Assembly: GCA_040954595.2 (NCBI GenBank)
Contig: CM082583.2
Span: 9,995,656 to 10,059,655, forward strand
DNA from: Balanoglossus misakiensis
Taxonomy: Eukaryota > Animalia > Hemichordata
Direction of reading: 5' to 3'
DNA: 64,000 nt
The translations under genes and the position numbers were made by a program. The notes below the pieces were generated by a model. That model saw only the letters and a program-made list of their open reading frames with translations, ran no database searches and was not told where the DNA came from. The first letter of the stretch is position 1, and each line of letters begins with the position of its first letter. Shown piece by piece: positions 25,005-35,551 of the stretch.

Positions 25005-28000
25005 CACATTATGGCACGGCTGGCTGCTCGAACTCGGGAACTCGCAGACGTGCCTATTCGTAACTGGCGTTGCGCCACTTCCCGTAAGGGGTGACTTCAC
25101 GTAAAACTTTCTACTGTTACACGTGTTGTCTCGAGTTGTTCACAATCATGTTACAAATCTAGCGTTGTAAGTGTCCTCTAAGGGGCAGATTAATGCTTGC
25201 GGAAGATCGGGTGATGTCTTGCCGTATGCCGGCACGTGAGGCACCTGACCCCACTCAAGACAAGAATCCGCGGCATTTGCGGCGCACTCAAATACGGGCA
25301 GTCTACCCACCGGTCAGTCGTACTATTGCCGGCATGTTTTCGCAATTCTAACCTCGTTTAGTGTAAACGAACACTGTGAGAAACCACCGCAGTCGCGATT
25401 CATGCCGACGAAATCACTACGCTGTTATGAATTGTGAAGTGGTGTTGTCTTACGCTCTCTGAGTGCGCCATACATATTCTGTGTTTTGACGCGTACTCAT
25501 ATGGCTGACCACACAAGTAAACACAAATATGAAGTCTATTTATAGAAACACCTGGAAGCGAATGCCCACAAGCACCTCCTTCCGCGGAAAAATTTTCAAA
25601 ATGTTCTATAGTATTTTACGCCGCAGAATCAACATGTCTGAAATGTGACCTCCGTCAAAATATTATTGCAATAATCCGCCTTTTAACTGAGAGATTGCCG
25701 TCTGCCAGATAAACAACCGTGGCTTTATCACGAAGTTAAAGATTCGATAAAAACGAGCGCTAAAGATTCGATAAAAACGAGCGCAACTGGCAACGTTCCC
25801 AAACACGCACGGCCTGTTAACGGGTTACATCACAGCTGCTATGTTTTCGACGATCGAGTTCCACGGCGTCGAATATTTTCAAAACAAATGAAGTTAACCA
25901 GATCTGGGCGCTACCATGACGAAAACTGTAAAACGGCATGTGTGAGAGTACGGATTGGTAATACGATACCGAATAAGTATAGAAATGTTTAAAAAGACGA
26001 CTCATTCAACCATTCGGCGCTAGAAATAGCTAGTGTATTTGTAGCGCTCTCACGTAACAAGACACATTCTTAAGATATTAGATTTTTTGGCATTTTAGAA
26101 ACCGCCGCCTTGTAGCTGGTCCGTTGAGTTTCACCTATTTGAAGTCTTTTGGTCACAGACCTACACTCTCTTGACATGTATAGACAAAGCAAGTTATCAA
26201 AATACACACTTGTGGTTTATACACACCACAGCCACTAAACGCCAACCACTCTTGGTTCTCAAAACAGATTAGAAAGTTTAACATACCACAACGACAAAGC
26301 TCTCACAATATAACCTCGGCCGTGTTTCTTGACACCATCATAAAAGAAGCGCTTGTTGACGTTTTTTTTCAAAATGTGGGGCTAGTATTTGTGTCGGTGT
26401 AAGTGCGACTAAGCTGCCGGTAGTAGGTCTTCATTGATAGCCACTATAAACGAGAAGAAAATTGGACGTGAAGTGAATATGCCAAATATGGCGAGCAATT
26501 ATTTGCTCTGACGTTATAACATGTCCCCGAAGGCACAAAAATTAACCAGGCTTGATCTGGTTGCCACTTGATTTGGCTGCGTGTTGGTGTTTACATTTTT
26601 GTTTCTCGTCACAGGAGACTCAGATTTATCTAAGTTCGATATTAGGGGTCAATGTTACACCGCCTTCTCTGAAAGAAGGCGATACAACCGACTTGTTTAC
26701 GTAATATTTGATAGATAAAACCTTTGCAGCGATGAGTGACATTAAACGAATTCGATGTAATTCTGGAAGCGTTCCGTGCGTGGTTTATCTCTTTATTGAA
26801 CTGACACTGGACATGACGACAGAATTGTTATCTTTTATGGCGCAATGAAAATTGACCAGCGTTGGTAGAACTTATCAGGCAATACACTGAAATACGACTT
26901 TGTGAAAGTGCAAATCTCAAAAAGTGTATTACCATTATAGATATCTAACATAAGTCAGAAACAAAATATAATCTCTGATACGAAAATGCTGTAAATGGCA
27001 TACAGGGCAGCTTTAAATGTTGATATCTTTCCGTTTCTCGCAGCTGGGCTGTGTTGGGCCCAAGTGTCCAAGGATGGAAGATGTGTCGGTCTCATGACGT
27101 CCAACGTCAGTCGTGACGAATGCTGTAGCAGCGGGGCGGTCGGCATCGCCTGGTCGAGGCAAGACGTGACGGCCAGCACTCTCTTCAAGTGGACCATCTC
27201 CGAACGGGGCGGACCTGGTGACTGCACCCCATGCCACGGTGAGTCATCGACAGGTGAGTAGTCAAGTGATGGAACCATGGAAACCACGGCCAAGGTGTCG
27301 TAGCGTGCTGCTTCTTTCCTCCACTAGTCAGTTCCTAAAACCACGTCGACCGCATCTTTCTTCCTTTTTTTATAAAAATGTTTTTTTTTTTACTATCTAA
27401 ATCGTCACGGTAGTTTTAAACTAAATCTAGATCTTGTCCTCTTAATAACTCTTTCACCACCACGGTTTGGCACGGTCCCATCATTTTCAGTGGTAAAATT
27501 TTCTCCGTATTTAGTCCCGCACGGGTGAAAGGGTTGAATAAGTATGCATGCCGCACAGCCTGTTGTGGGTACTATGTCCATCCACCGACTACTACAACTG
27601 TATTTACGTACACTACATGATTTTATTGACAAATACAAAGTGAATCTCGCAAGCAGTAATGTTCTAGTAGTGTCCGGAGAAACTGTTCTTTTGTTCATAG
27701 CTCTTTGTGTTGTCCTCATCAGCACTTTCTCGTTTTCTTGATTTCTGTCAGTAGACACTTGCGACGAGGTGGAGTGTGGACCGGGCAAGGAGTGTAAGAT
27801 CAGCAGCAGGGGAAAGCCACGCTGCGTCTGCTCGCCCAACTGCTCGCCTCTTTCGCGTCGAGGCGCAGTGTGCGGTAGCGATGGCAACACTTATCAAAAC
27901 GAGTGTCGCATGAAGAAAGCCAGTTGCAGGCGAGGCATTGATATCCAGGTGGCATACAACGGAGTTTGTCAGAGTACGTACACGCATCAGTTTATATAAT

Positions 28001-28013
28001 GATTCGTGGTGTG

Positions 28014-28081
<68 letters not shown>

Positions 28082-30000
28082 CTGAATACTCCAGTTTTTA
28101 CAACAATTCCTAACGTCACGTGATTTCTATCCGACAGCATCTTCTTGTGACGATGTCGTTTGCAGCGAGGGAAAGAACTGCGTGGTCGACCAAAACAACA
28201 CCCCGCACTGCGTTTCGTGTATGTTGGACTGTCCGTCTCCCGGTCCATTCGACATGGTGTGCGGGGCTAATGGCGTCACGTACGAGAGCCTGTGCCAACT
28301 GAGAGTTGCTACTTGTTTGTTGGGTAGGAGCATCGGCGTAGCGTACAACGGGGAATGTAAAGGTGAGTCCCAGCTTCTTAGACCGTCTGCCAGACACTCG
28401 TTGATGAACTTATTGAAAATTGTTTATCGTTTTAAAGGGAAGGGGTCGTCGCGCCACGTGGGTGTCCCCCTTGAGGCGAATATGTCCTCCCATACCAGCG
28501 CAAACCCCACTGCAGTCGCCACGACTTTTAAACCCGGACAAGCTACGCACTGATTTTAATCAAAGCAGAAACTTATCATTCTCCATAGACATCTGACAGT
28601 ACTGTCTTGTGTTCCCGTTCTGCCAGGTGCCCTGTCGTGCGAAACGCTCAGCTGTGTCCGAGGAAAAGAATGTCTAATTTCAGCAGATGGCGGCACGCCA
28701 AGGTGCGTGGACTGCCAACTGTACGACTGTGCCGACGACATCCCATTCGAAACAGAAGTCTGCGGTACGGACAATCGGACGTACACCAGCTGGTGCGAGA
28801 TGCGACTGAATGCTTGCCACAGGGGAATAATCATAGAAACACAGTATTTTGGAAAATGTCAGGGTAAGTGAACGATTCTTCAATCTGAAGGCTTTCACTG
28901 GCGGGTCTCGTTTGAACGTGGACGAAGAGCCAAGGCTAATTTTGACGGCCTTTTGAGAATAATTCGTTGCACTGATTAACGCCACGTATAACACGCATCT
29001 GTTACGATAGTTTAAAGAAAATGTAGACTATATATACTTGTTTTAACTATTTTTAGGTAAATTCAAACCAGTCTCTCGAAAACACACATGCTGATAACGG
29101 AATGGCCAAAAAAACATAAAACCATTCGGTAAGAACATGCATGCGTGCATGGCTAATTTTTGTGCACGATTTAAGCTCACAGAATGATAAGAAAGCTCAG
29201 CCAGCAGCATGCTATACCTGACCCCCTCCCCCCCCTCTCTCTCTCTCTTCTTTTGTGGACAGAGTTGCAACACCATTAGTGACCGATGGGAACCATCTGT
29301 CACGCGTGCACGGTGACCGTCGGATGGGGCGGCAGACTGTCACTAAAATCATCGCCTGTTTCACCTTCACTCGCGATCGGCGCGCTCTGCATCGTGTTAG
29401 TTTTACAAATGTCCATGCTAGACAATTCAGGCGAACGTCAAGAGTGAAGGACATCCGAAAATTACATAGAAAAACGCGTTTTGCATGCACGTTGCCTTGT
29501 GCCTGCTTAAACGTCATTTTACAAATAATGATGGTTGTCGCGTAAAATGTTCAACAAAAACTCAACTAATACAGTAAAGTTAGTCGCTTGTTGCCATGTA
29601 TGTGCTTACAGATCACTACATGGGGCGAACTGATGGCATCCGTAAACGCTAACGCCATACATGCATGCATAGGAAAATATCATTCACAAGCGAGTGTGGG
29701 TAATACTTCGTTATGTGTAACTGTTCGAATTTTGTGTAACTTTTATGATCAGGTGGCGACAACGAACACGTGTCACTGCCCAACGACACGCAAGAGGCAA
29801 AATCAACGGAGCTCAACTCTGGGGAAGGCGTGATAGAGGAAGGTGCTGTTGACTGGCCGGGCAACAGTGGGTTTAGCGAATACGAGGAAGAAGACTGGCC
29901 ATTCGGCAAGGTGTTTGAGAGTGAATACATTGAGACACTACCTGACAAAATGGTGTACACGTCGCTCGAGGAACTCGAACAATTAATTCGGAACTCGTAA
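19527..30000 (+). CDS. FST: Follistatin, ~400 aa: signal peptide, N-domain, three follistatin (EGF+Kazal) domains, acidic C-terminal tail
   Basis: Exons 19527-19605 (signal peptide MKAVSSSGCCLAMLLVIIAANCTLGQ), 27044-27238 (GLCWAQVSKDGRC...ECC, like vertebrate GNCWLRQAKNGRC), 27755-27973, 28138-28362, 28627-28863 (three FS domains with VCGSDGNTY, VCGANGVTY, VCGTDNRTY), 29753-30000 (acidic tail EYEEEDW, TAA). All introns are phase 1, one domain per exon, as in vertebrate FST. Total 1203 nt. Confidence 0.93.
24840..25002. repeat. GA-rich degenerate microsatellite ending in a pure (GA)n tract, in the long follistatin intron
   Basis: Purine-rich GAGA/GACA repeats with an uninterrupted (AG)n run at ~24971-25001. 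Confidence 0.85.
25737..25784. repeat. Perfect 24-bp tandem duplication
   Basis: TAAAGATTCGATAAAAACGAGCGC twice (25737-25760, 25761-25784). Confidence 0.9.
28015..28080. repeat. (GAT)22 trinucleotide microsatellite in a follistatin intron
   Basis: Uninterrupted GAT repeat inside the intron 27974-28137. It explains the poly-M and poly-I ORFs in the track. Confidence 0.95.
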
Positions 30001-31591
30001 CAAAAACATTTTTTTGATTCGAAAGCAAAAACATTCTGCCGAAATGTTGATACTGTGTATAATTTGCTTGTAATATAATGATAAGTGTTTAATTTGTGTG
30101 TGTGTGTTTGGCATCGATGTATCTTTCATACGAAATCCGATGCTAGCATAGTTCGTGTTCGTGGTGATGAAGTTTATTGTTGCTAACAAGTTGTATGACA
30201 ATTTGAAGCCGTAGAAAACGCGGTCCGGGCAGTACCATAGACCCGGTCTCGGCTAAAGATGACCGTACTCTTAGCCAAAGTCGATTATCACGAAAGGGGG
30301 CGCACTCCAGCCAGCCCACACTACCTCGAAACTCGCTATATTGACTATTTTTTAGAATTACATATATGTTATTTTCATATTTTTGTACGCATTTTGTATA
30401 ATGTCATCTTCATATTTTATTATTTATGAGCGAGCAAGATTTCTTCACTATTTATAAATGCATGTAACAGTCTTTTCCACGCAAGAGTAAATTTGGTTTT
30501 TATTGTGGAAAAACTTTACAAGCGCGGATATGGGCGGGCCTTTCTGAACATGGTGCGCGGTTTCGTGGAGATTGGTATGCCACGCAGTGCCAAAAACTCA
30601 ATAAACATTTCCTAAGTGACAGGAAATTTCCAGATAAAGTTTATCAGTTGTGGCCACGATTTCGATCCCGCTGAAGACATCTTAACAAGAAAATTGGCAC
30701 TTTGCCTATCTCCCCAAAGGAACACCACTCGTTTTCGTTGGGTGGGTTTGTTTATCAGTTCATGTAGAAGAGCCGGGTTCTACTGCTTAGCTCTCGATTC
30801 GTTCTCATGTATGTATGGTATACTTCCTTGCTATGGTCATTAATTTATGAGACAAGCAGGCATATTGAAGTTGCTAATTTTTTTTACTAACTGTTTGTCT
30901 TTCAAAACATATTATAAATATTTATATACAAAACGAAGATACATGTTTTCCTACTTTTTATAAAAGTGATAAGTACTGATGCTTATTAAAAATAAAAAAA
31001 GTTTCAACTATTCATGAGATTTTGTGTGATTTGATTGTGTCATCGTAGATCATGCACTTTTATTTACTAATATTTTCCATCATATATATTTGAAATATGC
31101 ACGTAAAGTGTTCTCATTAAGGAATCAGACCAACAAATAAATCTTCCTTTGAAAACTTTCACGGGACCAACACAGCTGGGACTGGTTTACAGACATGGGA
31201 CTAGTCTACAAACAGCGCCACCTAGAAATACAACATTGTCTTCCTTTGTCTTCACGTGTGACATGCATCTGGGACATCTCGCCGACCGTGAAAATCCATT
31301 GATAAATGGTGGCCTCTTGGTAATTGTTGAGTGTTGTTTGACACCTTTATATGAAGGTCATTCGTAACTTGGACATGACATCTTCATTTAAAGGTCGGTC
31401 ACATTTTTCACCACGGTGTACTTTGCATGCCAACTCCATTGGCATCGCGAAACCAATCTTGCCTCTCGTAGCGTGCACTTTGGCCAAAAGTGCTCGGTAA
31501 ATCGCGGTGCCATGACGCTCCATAAGTATGTCTCCTGTTAGGGAACGCTTATACGAGAGAACGGCTGTTCGTGACGGGGATCGGTGGCGAA

Positions 31592-31709
31592 GGTTAGCAG
31601 TGGGGTTAGGTATAGGGTTAGGGTAGGACTGTATTTAAAATGACCAAGTGAAAGTGATTTAGTTTTGTTTAGGTATAACCTACGCTTACGCTAACCCTAA
31701 TGCTGACCC
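31592..31709. repeat. Imperfect inverted repeat made of telomere-like TTAGGG/CCCTAA units, possibly a degenerate MITE
   Basis: GGTTAGCAGTGGGGTTAGGTATAGGGTTAGGG (from 31592) faces CCTACGCTTACGCTAACCCTAATGCTGACC (to ~31709). Confidence 0.5.
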
Positions 31710-31886
31710 CGGCCATAGTCCAAGGCCACTCGCCTTGCAGTAACTATCAGTACCCTCATGCATATGCGCGTTCAGTGCCAGGAGGTTGGCTGCTAGATCC
31801 TTTGCCTATTGGACAGTCACATATTTATGCAAATCATCACGTCATGTTTGCTTTACTTGGCTTCGTTACGTTTGTCCTCATCAGCC

Positions 31887-33210
31887 ATGGCTGCTAAGGG
31901 CGATTTTCTCCAAGACAGGGCCTTAACTTTGAAGATAACCAAACGCCTAGCCGAGGTGATGGACAGTGAAGACTTTCAGAGACAGCACCTCGATGCAGTT
32001 GACCCGACCAAAGGAGATATCGCGAAGTTACGAGAAAGGGTGCGACAACTGCACGGCAGAGTTTTTCAGGGCATCCTTGATGAATTCAATGCCGTCTACA
32101 ACGGAGAGCACATAAACGCAGTGCATAAGTACATTCTCCGCGCGTATGCCGATGACCATGAGGTGAGTTGGTCGCGTAATAATTTCATTGGAGCTATAAA
32201 TAGAGACAATCGGCCGGGGGGGAGGGGGTAACAGCCCCAATCATGAGCCACCTTCTTTCGAAGCGGATAGTTTCTAATTTCACAATTTATTGCGCTTGTC
32301 TTTCAGATTCAAACAGTACTCGCTAAGACTGTCGTTAAAGAGAATGCCACCGATAAAGCCATCGAACTGGGAATACCCGTTCCGGAAATTTCTCTGGTGG
32401 ACGTGGAAACACGACAAGATATTCCCCTGCTGAGTCTCAGCACATCTGTGGGCAAACCACTGGCTTTCATAGCATCTTCGTTATCCTGACCTCCGCTGAG
32501 GGTAAGAGGCACTTTCCAGTCATGAAAGGAGTCGGTTTTTGTGCGTAACCAGGTGCTACCTTCGACCGCCTATATATAAGCACAGACATGTCCATTTGAT
32601 GTGTTTATAACTCTGGTTGTTTTACCATCTTTCTCCTCCAGGCCATTGTTCACAGTGGCTCGCTGAAGAAACTTTATGAAGACTACAAGGACAAAGTGGA
32701 CATCTGTATGGTTTATATGCGGGAAGCTCACGCCAAAGGTTCAAATCGGGAGAGAGGTCCTCACTACAGTATGATTACTCAACATCAGAATTTGGAAGAT
32801 AGAAGCAACGCAGCAAAGTAGGTTGCTAGGGGAACGGTTTTTATTCTACGTACTGAGCACACTGACTCCCCATATAAAATATATTCGCTGAGATCGAAAG
32901 GTTGTTCATCTTCCACTTTAAAAACTGAGCAAGAATACTATAATTCTTTTCTCTGCGCAGGATGCTGATTGAAATGGACCCCGAGTACGAAACCTTCACG
33001 AGTGACATCCGAGACACCGGCAAAGTGCGCATGGTGCTGGACAACATGGGTAATGGTTTCCATGTCAGTTTCGCTGCCTTGCCGGACAGGGTTGTCGTGA
33101 TTGAAGACAAGAAACTGGCGTTCCTTGGCGCTCGCATCGACGAGCAAACCGGGCTGATGACAGACGAGCTCCGCTGTTGGCTTGAAGAGCGATTTCCTAT
33201 CAAGGATTAG
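31887..33210 (+). CDS. Divergent iodothyronine deiodinase-like selenoprotein (~298 aa, Sec153) with a soluble N-terminal C10/C12orf57-like domain
   Basis: Exons 31887-32162 (Kozak GCCATGG; an alternative in-frame ATG lies at 31827), 32307-32501, 32642-32817, 32961-33210; total 897 nt. In-frame TGA at 32487-32489 in KPLAFIASSLS-U-PPL (DIO consensus RPLVLNFGSCT-U-PPF). Further DIO motifs: VYMREAH, QHQNLEDRSNAAK, VLDNMGN, FAALPDRVVVI, ELRCWLEE. A SECIS follows downstream. Confidence 0.88.
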
Positions 33211-33317
33211 GAATGGGGTATAAAATAGTGTAGGGTTTTAAAACATGGGGTCAATTCCTTAAAAATAAATTTTAAACTGGATATAGAAGTTGCAATATTT
33301 ATACACACGCTTGATGT

Positions 33318-33400
33318 GGACATGATTGGCAATATGATGACGTTTGCATGTAAATGCGTGTGCCATGCATGACTGAGTGTTGAAACATTGCCACCTGTCC
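33318..33400 (+). promoter_or_regulatory. Eukaryotic SECIS element (type II-like) in the 3'UTR of the deiodinase-like gene
   Basis: ATGA (33337-33340), then 11 nt, AAA (33352-33354), and TGAG (33374-33377). Helix II: GTTTGCATG/CATGCATGAC. Helix I: GGCAAT/ATTGCC, extended by GGACA/TGTCC. Apical mini-stem GC-GTGT-GC. Confidence 0.85.
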
Positions 33401-34075
33401 GACCATCATTATTGGAACGATTAGAACTATTTTAGGACAATATTGTATGTTAGGATGACTTGGCAGTCTGTATATACTCAGTAGACAATGTAGTACACGT
33501 ACTATACGTACCCGTTGTTTTCCAAGTTATCTTAATGGTTGAATTACATTCTATATTCTCCCATTGTGCAACGAATACTACTCATTTTGTTAAAATTTGA
33601 ATCGTATGCAATTATCCCAAAATATTTTCAATCATGAGTGTAAGAAAATCGTGCATTTGGTGTCAGTGAGCAAATTTTGTACAATGGAATGTATTCATAA
33701 TTGTTGTTGTCTAATGATGCTAATACCAGCTAGTCAAATATAAAGTGTACAATAAAGTGCGTGTAGACAAAAAACACTTTCAGTGTTTGAATTTAGGCAA
33801 CGGTGCAGGGAACACTCTCGCTGAACACGTAGTCAAGAGAAGATATACATTCTCGGCAAACTACAAAGTGCGGGCCTAGGTTTTGACCGGGGTTTGATTA
33901 TGGCATGCACCCCGGAGTCCCATCTTCTCCCGCCAAGGTCTTGCTCTCCGAAAAGTAGCAGGGAGACCGTCGTCGAGCCAACGACCAGTACCTTGACGAC
34001 GATGCCTCAGTGGTTAGGCCCAACCTAAGAAAGCGCCCTCAACGTTGACACGAAATTGAACTCCAAAGATCCAAG

Positions 34076-35551
34076 ATGGCCTCTCAGCTTTCAGCTTCTG
34101 TCCGAAGTTGTTCCAGTCTTTTACGTTCTGTTAACCCATGCAGGTAAGTGCAGATTATCTGTTGAGATGTAATTATCGAATATGGCCTGTTTGTTTCTTA
34201 CATGGGGAAATATAATGATAATCAATGCAATATTTAAGTAAAACTGCACGGTAATAATATGACAACCCGTGGCCTCGACCACAGGCACAGCCTGACACAG
34301 GCTAGGCACTCGTACGTTGACCCATGTATGTAGTGTAGTGTACCAGATTATCTCAAGATTTCGATGATATAGAACTCTCTAACATATATTTTGTTATTCC
34401 AAATAGGACACTATTTGTTTCAAGTGCACGCTGTGTGGAAGAAAATGTCGAAGCTAAGGCATTAGAAGAGGTGAAGGACACCGTACCAGTAAGTACATTT
34501 GCCTTTTCCCTACAGACCGGTCTGCTTGGGCAACCGACCATTTCCAATGTTTCTGAATATGACTCATATTTTTTTAAAGGTCGACATGACTCCAGTGTCT
34601 GTGATATCTGGCATTCCAGAGGAACACATCAAAACCAGAACAGCCAGGATTTTTGTGCCAGCCATGAACGCTATGCAGTCGGGCAGCAACAACACACACA
34701 AGTGGGCCATTGAGTTTGAAACCAGAGAGAGATGGGAAAACCCCCTGATGGGATGGTCATCAACGTAAGTTTGCTGAGAGCGGGTCATGTCGGGTCAGGT
34801 CATGTCATCTTGCTAAACAGTGTTTCACCTTGGAAAACTTCTGCCAGGATTGTGCAGTAATTTTACGGGGTCCCCTTCCAAAGCTGTTAATGTTAGTGGA
34901 TAGCAGCAAGGCTACCAGAGCTCCCAAACTATTCATATAAGTGCTGGTGGTCTAAAAGTCTAAGCAAAAACATCACCAACTTTTTTTTGCTTATGAAATA
35001 GTGAATAGGTGATGTTGGGTTGAAAGAGTGTTTTCCTGGAAAAAGTGAAATTCAGCATTGGCAATAATAGACGTACATACTTTCCAACAGGAGTAAAGAA
35101 AAGCCCATGTTCTTGCTGTGCTTAAAACTTGCTCATTTTATCTTTTCTCCGTTCCTTTCCTCTAGAGCTGACCCTCTATCAAATACTACGGTAAAATTTA
35201 ACACCAAAGAAGCCGCCATCCGCTTTGCTGAAAAACATGGTAAGGAATGTAAACTAGAACATATATTAACCCTTTCACCCCCAGTTCCCTCTTTAGAGGT
35301 CCAACCTTACCATAGAAAACAATGGGTTTGGACTGAACCATGGTGGTGCAAGGGTTAAATTTCTTGTATGATTGTCATGTCATTTGACTTTGTGTCAGTC
35401 AAAATGTGTGCAATAGTGTGACAAAGATGTATATTGTGTTCCCACAGGGTGGAGGTATGAAGTGGTGGAAAAACAAACACCTAAACCGAGAGCAAAGTCA
35501 TACGGAGCGAACTTCTCCTGGGACAAGAGAACAAGAACCCCATCCAAATAA
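34076..35551 (+). CDS. NDUFS4: NADH:ubiquinone oxidoreductase subunit S4 (18 kDa), ~170 aa
   Basis: Exons 34076-34143 (Ser/Arg-rich transit peptide), 34407-34488, 34580-34764, 35166-35239, 35448-35551; total 513 nt. Motifs: [58 protein letters not shown]. Confidence 0.96.

Noticed and set aside
27748-28248. Poly-Ile and poly-Met ORFs
   Set aside because: Artefacts of the intronic (GAT)n microsatellite.
32487-32489. In-frame TGA read as a nonsense mutation (pseudogene)
   Set aside because: It sits at the canonical Sec position, the downstream frame and splice sites are intact, and a SECIS is present.
32490-32501. Small hairpin CCTC-CGCT-GAGG right after the Sec codon as a Sec-redefinition element
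   Set aside because: Only 4 bp, with no spacer from the UGA; easily arises by chance.
34489-34515. Acceptor-like CCTTTTCCCTACAG in NDUFS4 intron 2
   Set aside because: It would leave a 27-nt intron and shift the frame; the acceptor at 34579 restores the conserved protein.
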